From NCBI RefSeq assembly GCF_006345805.1, contig NC_043014.1:17298001-17362000 (forward strand): a stretch of DNA of 64,000 nucleotides. Direction: 5' to 3'. This DNA is from Octopus sinensis. Its lineage: Eukaryota. The notes below the pieces were generated by a model. It ran no database searches. It was not told the origin of the DNA and worked only from the letters and a program-made list of their open reading frames with translations. Shown here in pieces: positions 14,406 to 27,723 of the stretch (positions are counted from its first letter, which is position 1; each line of letters starts with the position of its first letter). The position numbers were made by a program, and so were the translations under genes.

Positions 14406-14699
14406 GTTTCTTTATTTCCCTCCCCTTAATGCCACTCTCTTTATAAAATTGATCAGCAAAATCTGAAGAAAAGTGTTAAGGTTATGTCATAAAACAGAAT
14501 CCATGTGACCATTTACACGAAAATATCCCATTGACACTTAAATCTCAGTACATTATATGAATAACAGCTGTTTCATACGTCGAAGTGCTTAATTTTGCTC
14601 ACGGTTAAAATTTTCTTCAAAATAAGTTCTTTATTTTATTGTGAATGATTTGAGGATTCCTGTCTCTCACTAGTTTAATTTTAATTCTTCTACATGTCT

Positions 14700-15260
14700 C
14701 CGACATTAAACTTTACTTAAAATTCAAAGTTCATCAAAATCTGATGAATTCTGTAAAAGTTAATGTATAAAATATTAATCCTATGAGTGATTGCATGCAA
14801 AAAACCTATTGATTTCTTAAAATCTCCCGCTCACATGCAGTTATCGATTATTTGTCAACTCTTCATGCTGGCATCAACTAATACACATGAACTATAATCA
14901 CGTATAAAATTTCTACAAAATCGATAAGAATGTGTCTAAGAAAATGCTTATTTGCATTTATGCCTATTTCAAGCCATTTTGAATTAAATAAATACCTTTA
15001 CCCTCTCCCCCACCAAACATATATCTCAAATTTCATTACAATCGGATAAAAAACATGAAATTTACGGCCAAAAATAAAGCCCCTACTGGTATTTGCATGC
15101 TAAACACCTATTGATTTTAGAAAACTACTGCTCAGGCGCAATTAGCGATTTTTTCAACGTCATATACTGAGATCAACTTACTGCCGTCAGCCACGATCAC
15201 TCATCGATTTTCATCAAAATCGGAAAAAACATGCAAAAGCTGCAGAAAAATAACATCAGT
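14700..15260. repeat. Degenerate ~140-300 bp internal repeats, possibly a Helentron/HINE-like non-autonomous element
   Basis: The motif (t/g)ttcatcaaaatc(g/t)g recurs at ~14730, 14910, 15030 and 15210; cctattgatt blocks at ~14806 and ~15106. Confidence 0.35.
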
Positions 15261-16884
15261 ATAGGAAAAAGCGAGGACATTGAACAAACTATTTAAGATG
15301 TCGCCATTGTTCTCAAATTACGTTTCACTTCGTTTGAAAAGAAAGAAAGTATGGATTATAATGGTGGTCGCTGAAATCCCAAAATTTTCATTCAAAACCT
15401 TTTTAAATGCATCGTTCAAAAGCATTGGCCAAAATCGGTACCGATTGGGATTGGGGATTTGAAAAAAAGATCAACACACATTAAAACAATTTTTAAAGAG
15501 CTTCCTGCCATCATCTGCAACGTTGAGGTGAAAAAGGTGGAAAATCCTCACCATAACGTAGAAAAGGTATCTTATGAGGGAATGCTGTAACAAAAGAATA
15601 CCAAAATATTCTGTTGTGGGATACGCTCGGCAACCAAGGAATATTTATCTAGAGTATATATATATATGCGTATGTGTGTGTAGGGAATGGCGTAGATACA
15701 ATCCAGGCTACATAAGCTTCATAGCTAAGAGAAACACGGAAGTAGCATATTATTCTAACATGGGGTATACCACAAGCTACTCTTCAGTCAAAGGATATCT
15801 TGATTATGTGAAGTTTACATTCTCGTTAGAATCCCGGTGAAAACTCGTTGGGAATTTGATCAAAATGCAAAGAAAGGACAGTTCGGGAGGAAAACAGTTG
15901 AGCAGAAGGAAAATGCAAATAAAATACCAGAAATCCTATGTATAAGAATGAGAACGTTTGTTACTGATTAAGGAGTGTACGAAGACAAGGTTTGATATGG
16001 AAATTGGCTGGCGAGATGCTTTATGCACGTATTCCGGGGTCATTCACGGGTCCGTTGTAGGATAGATAAGTAAACATATTGTATTATATATAGCCATTTA
16101 AAACAGAATTAAAGGATGAAAATATAGGTGTAGTATTTGAAATGGATAGAGTGGTGTTTGAAGGAGAGGAAGGCGGAAGATAGTGTATTTAGGTTGTAAA
16201 ATAATAGACCACGGTTTGCTCGTCGAGTTGGTAGAACTAATTTTGCTTTAAAATCTAAGGAGAGCGAGTGAAGTGTGAGATAGTAGTAGTAGTAGCTTTC
16301 ATCTGAGATTATTATGTGAGTGCGTATTAGTTCACACGCGCGTATATGGTGTGCGTCTGTAGAATCTAGTATTTGTGTACGCGTGCCAGGGTCTTTGTAT
16401 ATTATCATATACTGAGGGATGTGTGTAGAGAGAGAAGAGTTAAGAAAATTTATGACGAATAACCGATAAGGAAAACAGGTTGGGAATTAAAAAATGAAAG
16501 AATAAAATGTTTAGGAAATGTAAAGGTAGATAAAAGTTGTTTACTGCATAGATATATGGAGCAGGATATCAGTTGGGGTGCAAGGGAGTTAGTTAGTGGA
16601 TGACACAGGGGTGGGTGGGGGATTGTTGTTATTTGGATTTAGAATATGAATGGCATAATTTGTGTCGAGAAGTAAATATTATGCTATCCCGTTCATTTCA
16701 AATATTTCCTTACTGCGGACAGTGATGAAACCCGTTTGGATACGATATCTACGATAGAGTTTAGGAGAACTGGCGTTGTGGTTGGGGGGAAAGTTGGTGT
16801 AGTTGAGGTTCTCCTTAAGTTTATGGCATGGGTAGAAAATTTGTCTTTGTAGATCTAGGGTGACATCTAGGAAATTACGGCAAT

Positions 16885-17075
16885 AGTTTGGAGTTCAAAT
16901 GCCCACAACTATTTAACGCCTTGCCAACACATCTGAGGTATCTCCATGGAGTGGGTGTAGATGTTTCAAGATACAACATTATCTCTTGCTATCCAAGATA
17001 CCAAATGAACCAATATCGGGGCAGGAAACTCAAACGAGGGCAGCGAAAGCGAACTCCGTCCTTCACCAAAGGCTA
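16885..17075 (+). mobile_element. CR1-like LINE 3' end fragment
   Basis: FKCPQLFNALPTHLRYLHGVGVD followed by a frameshifted KIPDEP-like segment, typical of a LINE ORF2 C-terminus. Confidence 0.6.
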
Positions 17076-17299
17076 ATCCCATAAACTTGGCCAGTCGAAA
17101 GGTGCTTACACTGGTGGGACCCCAGCATCGACACAGCCTCAGGGTTAAAACATATAAAAGAATAAAAGAATATATGTATATATGTATAATAACAATTTAA
17201 TAAATAAAATATATGCAGACATACATATATGTACATATATGTATATATGAGTACAGGACACCACAAATAAACGTAGAACACAACGAGAAACGAAAACAT

Positions 17300-17700
17300 A
17301 AAATCAAACAAGGAAACGGACTTTTTTAACAACGAAAAAACAGGGTACAAGGAAAATTCCCCTTCATCAGCTGCCCCTGTTTCGACTCAATGCGTGTTTC
17401 GAAGGTAAGGGCAGAACACAATCCGGCCGAAGCAATCCTTCCTGCAAAATGAATTAAATAAAATTATTTTGCAGAGGGGTAAAACAAGTGACAAAAACAG
17501 GACGTAAAAGCAATACAAAGGAAGAAAAAACAGTACAAATGAAGAATAACAGGATAGGGAAACCAACAATAAGGGCTTTTTTATGCCTAGACGGTGGGAA
17601 AATTCGTTAGAACGCATTCTGAAGATCGGCTTGCGGAAGACAGAAGAAAGCTGATGTTGACTTGTTGAAAGCAGTGGGCGGAAAGAAAGTTTAGTAGCAC
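17300..17700 (-). mobile_element. Possible Penelope-like 3' remnant
   Basis: RMRSNEFSHRLGIKKP resembles the GIY-YIG C-terminal R..E...I..LGT..P motif; a tgtttcga-containing terminal block lies at ~17380-17405. Confidence 0.35.
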
Positions 17701-17994
17701 TCCGTTCAGCGGCCAGAGAGAGGAGGAGGAGTGAGAGAGAGAGGAAAAGAGGCCAGAGAGAGGAGGAGGAGTGAGAGAGAGAGGAAAAGAAACCAGAAAG
17801 AGTGAAAAATAAGAAGGAGAGAGACAGGTAGAGAGGAAGACAGATAGGCGGGGAGGAAAGGTCAAGTAAAGAGTTAAGAGTGCGCGTCATAATTATTGAA
17901 ATAAAAAATTAGTTGGAAAGAAAAACAACGCGTGGCGTTCAATCATATAATAACAATTTAATAAATAAAACATGCATACACACACACACACACA

Positions 17995-18053
<59 letters not shown>

Positions 18054-18188
18054 CTAATAATAATTCCTATAATGGTTTTTTAAAAACCAACAATTATTTA
18101 CTGGTAGAATTCGGTATGTAAATATAGCCGATTAACGGTGGGAACTTCTGTAAGTTCAGTATATATTGTATATAAATAAAAGGAGCAA

Positions 18189-18430
18189 GCAACAAGTTGC
18201 TTGGCCGCATACCGAAAAATTAGAAATAGCAGTCAAGACTGTTTATTTCTATTATCTACAAGTGGGGCTCCACATACGACATACCCTGTAATTCACATAC
18301 GCAAAACAGAAGGAATAGATAACGAAAACAAAGGGTATGTCGTATGTGGAGCCCCACTTGTAGATAATAGAAATAAACAGTCTTGACTGCTATTTCTAAT
18401 TTTTCGGTATGCGGCCAAGCAACTTGTTGC
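18189..18430. repeat. Inverted repeat, 99-bp arms with 44-bp spacer
   Basis: 18189-18287 is the reverse complement of 18332-18430 by eye. Confidence 0.95.
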
Positions 18431-18436
18431 CTGCCC

Positions 18437-18579
<143 letters not shown>

Positions 18580-18660
18580 ACAATTGAGGGTAAAATTAAT
18601 TAATTAATTAATTTCACCAAGTGTTCAGTATCTAAAAGGACCATTTAAGGCGAATTCAAA

Positions 18661-18936
18661 ATATTACATTATATAATTAGGGCTTAGTAAAATAAATTAC
18701 TTTGCCACATACTGAACTTAGTAGAAATAGCAGCCAAAAAAAAATTTCTTAGCATTTCTACTACTTAAAGAAAATTTCTCTCAGATAATGTTTACTCCAT
18801 TATCTGAGTAAACATTATCTGAGAGAAATTTTCTTTAAGTAGTAGAAATGCTAAGAAAATTTTTTTTGGCTGCTATTTCTACTAAGTTCAGTATGTGGCA
18901 AAGTAATTTATTTTACTAAGCCCTAATTATATAATG

Positions 18937-18942
<6 letters not shown>
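18661..18942. repeat. Near-perfect palindrome, 137-bp arms with 8-bp spacer
   Basis: 18661-18797 vs 18806-18942; I found one mismatch, in the A/T run. Confidence 0.95.
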
Positions 18943-19031
<89 letters not shown>

Positions 19032-19033
<2 letters not shown>

Positions 19034-20403
19034 CTTCTTCCTCGATGCTCCTGGAGGGACAGGAAAAACATTTATTACAAAGTTTCTCCTTGCAGAAGTT
19101 AGGCAGCATCAGGACATTGCAGTAGCTGTAGCCTCCTCTGGCATTGCAGCTACTTTGTTACCCGGTGGCAGGACAGCACACTCAACTTTTAAACTCCCTC
19201 TCAATTTAGCAGCATCCGAAATGCCTTCATGCAACATCAACAAAAGCTCAGATCAGGGACAAGTACTTAAAATGTGTCATCTAATTGTCTGGGATGAGTG
19301 CACTATGGCTCACAAGGGAGCTTTGGAAGCGTTAGATACAGCCCTGAAAGACATCCGAGACTGTCAGGCTCCAATGGGAGGTGTAACGCTTCTGTTGTCA
19401 GGTGATTTCAGGCAAACTCTTCCTGTCATTCCGAAAGGCACTAGAGCAGATGAAGTCCAAGCATGCCTAAAGTCCTCTACCCTGTGGCATCATATTACAA
19501 TCCTCAGTCTCACCACTAACATGAGAGCTCAGCTACACGGCGACAAAATGTCCGCAAAGTTTGCACAGGACATTTTGACACTTGGTGAAGGCAAGATGCC
19601 TCTCGATGCTGCAGGACAAATGGAAGTGTGGTCATTTTCCTCTGTTGTTAATTCTGTAGATGACCTCAAAAACAAAGTCTTTCCCAACTTCACACTAACT
19701 ACCAAAATCACAATTGGCTGTGTGAAAGAGCAATATTAGCTCCAAAAAACGTCGCTGTTAACAAAATTAATCAACAGCTAATGCATTCTCTTCCTGGCAC
19801 TATACACACTTACAAGTCTGTTGATACAATTCCAGTTATACATGAAGTCGTGAACTATCCTCCTAAATTTCTCAATTCACTGGAGCCTCCCGGACTACCT
19901 CCACACATATTAGCACTTAAAGTTGGAACTCCTGTAATGCTACTCCGCAATCTGGAACCACCAAGACTTTGCAATGGAACACGACTAGTGATAAAGAAAA
20001 TGATGTCACACGTTATCAAGGCGATCATTCTTTCTGGATGTGGAAAAAGTGATGACGTCTTTATTCCAAGATTTCCTCTTACTCCATCAGGAGCAGAAAT
20101 TCCATTTACATTCAGAAGACTGCAATTTCCCCTTCGTGTCAGCTTTGCCATGTCCATTAACAAATCTCAGGGTCAAACCCTCTCTGTAGCTGGTCTTCTC
20201 TTGGAAGAGCCCTGCTTCTCGCATGGGCAACTGTATGTTGGCTGCTCAAGAGTAGGAACCAACAGAAACCTTTTTGTATATGCTCCACAAGGAAAAACAA
20301 GGAACATTGTTTACAACGAGGTGTTATAATCTCAACAGCCAGGAGGTGTATACATGATCCCTTTTTTTTAACAAACTTCATGTACTTTCATGTATTTATA
20401 TTA

Positions 20404-20477
<74 letters not shown>

Positions 20478-20553
20478 TGTATCCATATAGATATATAACA
20501 GAAAAGTCTGATTCAGTTGAATGTAACCTGGCAACGCCGGGTATCTCTGCTAG
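19032..20553 (+). mobile_element. Helitron 2: helicase half plus intact 3' terminus
   Basis: FFLDAPGGTGKTF (Walker A) at 19035; ORFs 19155-19739 (IVWDECTM, GDFRQTLP) and 19781-20329 (FAMSINKSQGQT, FSHGQLYVGCSRV); 3' hairpin cctggcaacgccggg followed by CTAG|T at 20550-20553. Confidence 0.93.
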
Positions 20554-21409
20554 TTTCATATATTTTCTTTCACTTTCTGCTCTCTTGATTACACAGACGT
20601 CCAATACAATAGCTCTCAGCTACATTTTCGTTCTCTAAAGAAGGTACGTGTCTATTTTTCTTATAAGCGTATACCAATGACTTCTTCCCCACTTTGTTCT
20701 TCCATTCAAACAACCAGTTGTTCACACAGCCACCATATACTTTTCCGCGAGCAACAAGGGGACTACAGGATGAGTTAGCTAAAACTTTCCCTATGCTGTC
20801 TCTCTTCTTTCACCTCTTCGTGGGGTTAATTATCTTCAACGTTAGTTACCTTTTCTCCTTGAAACTACATATTACACACAATTGTTGGATTAATACAGTG
20901 GGGTATTTTGTGGGAGATTTCGCTGCTATTTCTACTAGGTCTACCTACCATGTAGACGTCGGAACTTAATTTTCATTCACAGATTTGCATTTCAAAAATT
21001 TAACATAATCTTTTCCATAAATCAACTATCGAAAAATTTTCTACCATGACCTCACATTTTCTATGTATGTGTGTGTACCTTAAAAGACGGGATTAGACGG
21101 AGGTCCAACAGAATAGCTCTCACAAACAGACTACGTACAAATTCTTTCTTCACAACTCCTGAAGCTGTTTTCTGCGAAGATATTTTCACTTGTCCGGGCA
21201 TTGCTATTACAGACAAATTAACAACAATTCCACTCCAGAGATAAACACAAACCACCTCTTGCTGACTGCAAAAGTCCTGCCAAATTAGCCGGAAAACACA
21301 CACACACACGTCCATTTCATATATCTTCTTCAAAGCTGCATGCTTTTTTTGAAACATTTCACTATTTTTTTCTTATTTATCGTTATACATTTCCACCTAT
21401 AATAACAGA

Positions 21410-22847
21410 CTAGCAGCATAGCCCGGCGTTGCCCGGGTATGTAAGAGCCCCCTAGTAGGCAACGACTAATCCCAATCTAGTCCTTTCCCTCTAGGGAACG
21501 AAGGCGCATGTGTAGGTTGCAATGTCTTCTCTTCACTTGAATACTTCTGTGTATACGATGTTCCTAGCTGTCTCTTTGGGCGAAAACATGAAAACATCAT
21601 TGCACCTCCCAACGCGTGAACATCCCACGTAGAGTTGACCGTGGGCGAAGCACTGTTCGCCCAACTGTAACCCAGCGACTTGTAGTGTTTGGCCTTGGGA
21701 TTTATTGATGGACATTGCGAAGCAGAGTTTAACAGGAAACTGAGAACGCCTGAAGTGGATTGGTAGGTCAGCGCCCGACGGTTGAAGGTGCATGCGTGGA
21801 ATGAAGACGTCCTCTCCCTTCCCACAACCGGTAAGTATTGTGGCCGTTATTAAATGTGGTGGCAAATGTTTCACAACCAGACGTGTGCCGTTGCACTGTT
21901 TAGGTGGAACCAAATTCCTGATGAGCATAATGGGCGCACCGACTTTTAACTTCAGGATGTGTGGCGGCAGGCCCGGCGGTTCAAGTGAATTCAGGAATTC
22001 AACAGGATAATCGGCAAGCTCGGCGGGGTCTGCTGTCCTATCTATAGATTTGTAGACGTGGACATCACCAGGAATAGCTTCAAGTAGCTGGATATTGATG
22101 GAGCTGACGGTTGTATTTTTGGGTGCGAGAATAACTCTGCCTGCCAGCCATTTTAGGTCGCGTAAATTGTTTTGTAGGTCGTGGAAGACAGCGTCCCGGA
22201 GGCTAGCAGGTGTGTCGACAGTGGTGCAAAGTCGAATTGCGTCCCCTAGACAGTCTGTGGTTTTTGTTTAATACACAAATCGGTTTGCTATGTGTGCTAC
22301 ATATGATTTAATTAACCAATTTTTTCCAGTAATAAAGTATCCTATTGGAATAAAAAGGGCCATATAGCTCCTTGGAGCAGACATGATGCTCGCTGTGAAT
22401 TTAAAAAAAGAATTCCTGCCAATTTGTTAAAGATATTGTTGAAAATATGTCATCTTGAATTTGAACGCGATTTCCCAAAATGGCATGATTTTATCGATTT
22501 TTTCTGATGGTAAGGTATTGCATGGAAAACTAACGTCAGAATTAAGTTTCTTAGGGTAACATTAAGCTTCACCATGAGTTTGGTGAAAATCGATTGCAAG
22601 TTGCGAAAACTACAACAGAAAATGTGTTGCATATAAAAAGCTTAGATTCTCGACCCCATGTCGAATTTATCGATTTTTTTCAGAACTGGGGGAACTTTTC
22701 AAAGATTTCACTGCGTTAGTTTTGAATTATGACATTGGGCTATGTGTGTGTCAAGTTTCATGAGAATCGGCGGAAAGCCGTGGTCAGGGTGAGGGTACAA
22801 CCTGACAGACACACAGACAGACAAACTGCCGCTTATATATAGAGCGA
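21410..22847 (-). mobile_element. Helitron 3: internally deleted element with both termini
   Basis: On the minus strand the 5' end is A|TCgctctatatataagcggcagtttgtctgtctg at 22847. Helicase C-terminus in ORF 21533-21928 (FAMSINKSQGQT, FAHGQLYVGCSRV). The 3' end is cccgggcaacgccggg...CTAG|T at 21413-21410, giving an A|T insertion site. Confidence 0.9.
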
Positions 22848-22959
22848 TAAAGATTAATACTTTGTTCAAAAACATTAACGTTTCACTTTCAGACACAGGT
22901 TCAAGTCGCAAAAAAAAACTTAACTTTCGTTACAATTATTTTTTGCTTCTTCAAAAAAT

Positions 22960-25900
22960 CTCATGACGTTTGCCTCAGTAAAAACCATCTTTACAGATAA
23001 TGCCTAACCGAAAACAATCAATGCTCTGTACCAAAAGGAATGCCCTCCTAAAACAGCGAAAAAGGGAGTTGCGTTCACAGGTACGTTTTTCAACATTCAT
23101 ATCATTTCGATTTTGCTTCTACACATTCTCCTCCTGTATCCCATTTCAATATTGCACTTTCATATGTTTTCTACTATTCCTTTCAGGAAACACAAGAAGC
23201 AAGAGAGGCCCGTCTTGATGATCAGCGTAGTCGTGATCAACGCTCACTATGTGACGAACCTGTTGAAGCAAGGCAGGCCCGTCTTGCTTTCATGCGTATT
23301 CGAAATCAGCGCTCACTCCTTGTGGTGTCAGAAGAAGCAAGGCAAGCTCGTCTTGCCGCCCAGCGTAGTCATAATCAACGCTCACTCCTTCAGGAGCCTG
23401 CTGAAGCAAGAGAGGCCCGCCCCGCTGCCCAACATAGTCAACGCCAGATATCAAGTCTTTAGGAATCATCGGAGGCTACGGAAAACAGGTTGGCAGGTCG
23501 ACGTCAAAGAAATGTTGCTGCTGCAAGGGGCGCATTTTGGATGAGAGCTGGATTCAGATACAGTCCTGCTGATGATTTCTCCAATCGCCCGGACGTGAGT
23601 CTTGGTAAAATGGACAGGGAATGCCGATTTTGTCAAGCTAAGTAGTGGGCTGGTGAGGCAGCTGGTCTTTGTTGTTCTGGAGGCAAGGTTCGATTTCAGC
23701 CGCTCGCAGATCCACCTGAAGTTCTGAAAAATCTCCTCCTCAATAGCTCCGACTACGCCAAGAAATTCCGAAAAGCCATTTGGAGATATAACTCCTGCTT
23801 CGCTATGACCTCTTTTGCCGTAAAGAACATCCACGACAAACATAACATCAACAACGTCAATATTGATGGAAATTGGGCGGTTAATCCTGCAAACAAAAAA
23901 GAGTTGCATTACACCTTCAAGATTCAAGGTCAATGTTATCATCGCTTGGGAAGTCATTACCCTCAGCCTACCAAGGAACCCAAGTTCTTTCAGATTTCTT
24001 CATGGGTTGTTCAAACGCAGAAGGTATCCAACGGTGCAACAGAAATTCAGATGTTGACGCAGCAATTGTTGCTGAACTCCAACATATGCTTCATGCAACA
24101 CACCCTTATGTCAACGAATTGAAGAATGATGCGTTGCAGCTTTTGGAAGCCCAACCTGAGCTAAAATTGATAATTAAAGCCTAGAGACGACCAGCTGGTG
24201 AGCACCCGCGACCTTTCAATGCTCCAACCACCAACAAGGTTGCAGCAATCATAGTCGGCGAAGAAAATGGCAAGCGTGATATTGTCTTCCAGCACCGCGA
24301 TAGCCGACTGTCCTTTGTTTCGGAAACTGCCTGCAGTACCCCCTACTGTTTCCCCTTTGGAGAGGATGGCTACAGCTTTCACCAACGCCATGTTGATCCT
24401 ATCACGGGTGCTGAATTAACTAAGGCTCTTTCCTGCAAGGAATTCTATGCCTTCCGTCAGAGAAGAAAAGTTCAACAAACTGCTACGGTACAAGGAAGTC
24501 ACAAATCAATTCTTGGTTGACATGTTTGCCAAGGTTGAAGGTGAAAGGCTTCTTTATAGTCGTCAAAATCAAAAGAAATTGCGTGTGGATCGATATCTTA
24601 CTGTCCATGTCCAGCTGTATGGTAATGCAAGAAACATTGGCCTTCCGGTGATACTTCCTTCCAGCCATACCGGGTCTCCACGGTACATGCATCAGCGGAC
24701 ACAGGATGCCATGGCATATGTCCGTAAGTTTAGCGAACCTGACCTCTTCATCGCCTTTACGTGCAACTCAACTTGGAGGGAGATAAAGGAAAACGTATTC
24801 GAAGGCCAGGCTGCATGCGTCAGGCATGATTTAGTGGCCAGATTTGTCCATGGAAAATTGCAGAAATTTATGTGGCTATTGAAACATGATGCTGTCTACG
24901 GAAAACTTAATGCGTGGAAGTACACTGTAGAATGGCAAAAGCAGGGTCTTCCACACGCCCATATACTGATTTGGTGCCAATAAATAATCAGACCTGCGAA
25001 CATCGATCAGATTATATGTGTAGAGCTGCCTGACCCTAATGTCAACTTGCAGGTATTCCAAATAGTGTCGGCGCATTACATGTCTCCATGTAATGAAAAA
25101 AATAGATGTTCAAAGAACTATCCCAGGGCTTTCAACAGGGCTATACGTACTGGTATTGATGGCTACCCAAGTTACTGACGACTTGCCCCTGATTTTGGAG
25201 GAATTTCGGCGAAAAAAAGGATAAAGGGCGAACACATTGACATCAACAACAGTATGGTTGTTCCCTACAGCCCTTTCTTCCTTCAAACTTTCAACGCCCA
25301 CATCAACGTTGAATCTTGCACCACGATTAAAGGCATCAAGGACATATGCAAACATGTAAACAAGGGCAGCGACATGGCTGTTTTGGGTGTGCAGGATGAA
25401 GAGACAGCCAACGATGAAATCCTTCAATACGTTATGGGCAGGTATATTTCGTCCAATATGGCGGCATGGCGCATTCTAGGTTTTGATATTCACCAGTCCT
25501 CTGCAGCTGTTTTTGGCCTAGATGTACACTTAGAAAATAAGCAACGTGTTTACTTCACTGAGGACACCGCCGCAAATGTACTCAAAAAGCCACCGGAAAC
25601 AACGCTTACATGATTCTTTAAGTCGTGTACTTCCGATTCCTTTGCGCAAACTCTACTTTATGACGATGTACCGTCCTACTTCACTTGGACTAACAAAAAA
25701 TGTCAAAGGCGGCGGCAGGGTGTGCGAATCGACAATGAGGTCGGCGAGGTAATATACAAAAGAAACATGATCGGTCGTGTCCACACTGTACACCCAAAGG
25801 ATCAGGAGTGCTTTTTTGCGGATGATTCTGTTTCATATGAAAGACCCAACATCATTTGCCCACGTCAGATCATTCGAAGGACAAATGTGTTGCACTTACA

Positions 25901-27679
25901 GGGAAGCTTGCTTGCGACGGGGACTACTCGAGGATGAGGGACTCTGGAACACGGCATTGCAAGAGGCCTCTGAATGCAGGACACCAGAAGCAATGCGCCG
26001 AATATTTTGTCTCATCTTCCTATTCAGTAATGTGTCTAACCTTCTTCATTTGTGGGACACATTTAAAGATAGTTTTTCCGAAGATCATCTCCGACAACTT
26101 CAAGCCGAAGATTCAACGGCTGGATTCGACTTCAATAACGTCATCTACAACACAGCCCTCCTCGATTTGCAATCGCGACTGCAAGCTATGGGAGGAGTTG
26201 GCGTCCTCAGATTTCAGTTTGCCATCTCCACGGTAATTAATTCCAACGAAGGACAACTTTTTTTCTTGGATGCTCCCGGCAGAACCGGAAAAACTTTTCT
26301 CATGAACCTCCTACTCGCCAAAATTCTACAGGAAAATCGCATTGCCATAGCGGTTGCATCCAGCGGCATCGCAGCAACTCTACTGCATGGTAGTCGTACG
26401 GCACACTCACCATTCAAATTACCACTAGACTTGACCAAACAGGGAAATCCAACTTGCAATGTTAGTCGTGGCTCAGCCATGGGGAATCTTCTCACTGAGT
26501 GCAGCCTTATCATTTGGGATGAGGCAGCCATGTGTCATAAGGCAGCATTTGAGGCGCTCGAGCGGTCTCTTCAAGACCTGAGACGCAATATGAGAGTGAT
26601 GGGTGGAGTGATTGTTCTGCTTTCTGGCAACTTCCGACAAACTCTACCTGTCATTCCATGGGGGACAAGAGCTGACGAGGTAAATGCTTCCATAAAATCA
26701 TCCTACTTATGGCACCACAGCGAGAAACTTCACCTGAGTACGAACATGAGAGTTCACGTGTTTGGCGACGAAAATGCGGCCACATTCTCGGCGCAGCTTC
26801 TCGATGTTAGTAATGGAACTGTAGCTGGCGATACTGATAGTTTCATCCATTTACCATTTGGTAACTTCGTGCCTACCAAAGATGATTTGATTTCTGCAGT
26901 TTTTCTTGACATTGCAAGCCAAAACCTTCACAAAACTTGCCTACAAGGAATAGCAATTTTGGCGCCTCACAATAAAACAGTCGACGCTATCAATAATAAA
27001 CTTTTCGATCTCCTTCCTGGAGAAAAACTCTCCTTCAAGTCCATTGACACGCATGAAAACCCGGATGATATGACCGTTGTCACAACAGAATTTCTGAATT
27101 CCCAAATGCCCACAGGACTTCCGCCTCACGAACTCCATCTCAATGATGGCGCGCCCATCATGCTGCTGCTGAAACTAGATGCTCCAATAATGTGTAACGG
27201 AACCCGGATGATAATAAAAAATATATACTCACGAGTTCTGCAGGCAACCATCTTGAATGGACCAGCCACTGGTCAAGATGTTCTTATAACCCCAATGTCC
27301 CTCACTCCCTCCGATACGATCTACAAATTTAAGCGGCTTCAATTTCCTATCAAACTCTCCTTTGCAATGACAATAAATAAGGTACAGGGTCAATCATTGC
27401 AAATGGTTTGTTTAAATCTCACAGAGCAAGTGTTCTCGCACGGTCAACTCTTCCTTGGATGCTCCCATCTTGGCAGCACACAAAGTCTAGACATTTGTGC
27501 ATCAGAAGGGAAAACGAGAAATATGGCCTACAAAGAAGCGCTCCACTGAAAAGATGGCATTTCTTCACATCTTTCAAATCACTCCAATCATCTGCCACCT
27601 CAAAAGCTTCGTAGCCGCCGTGCCAGCCAACGTAACTCAATGACACACACCTTCACTCCCTCCGTCTTTCTCACCCTCT

Positions 27680-27723
<44 letters not shown>

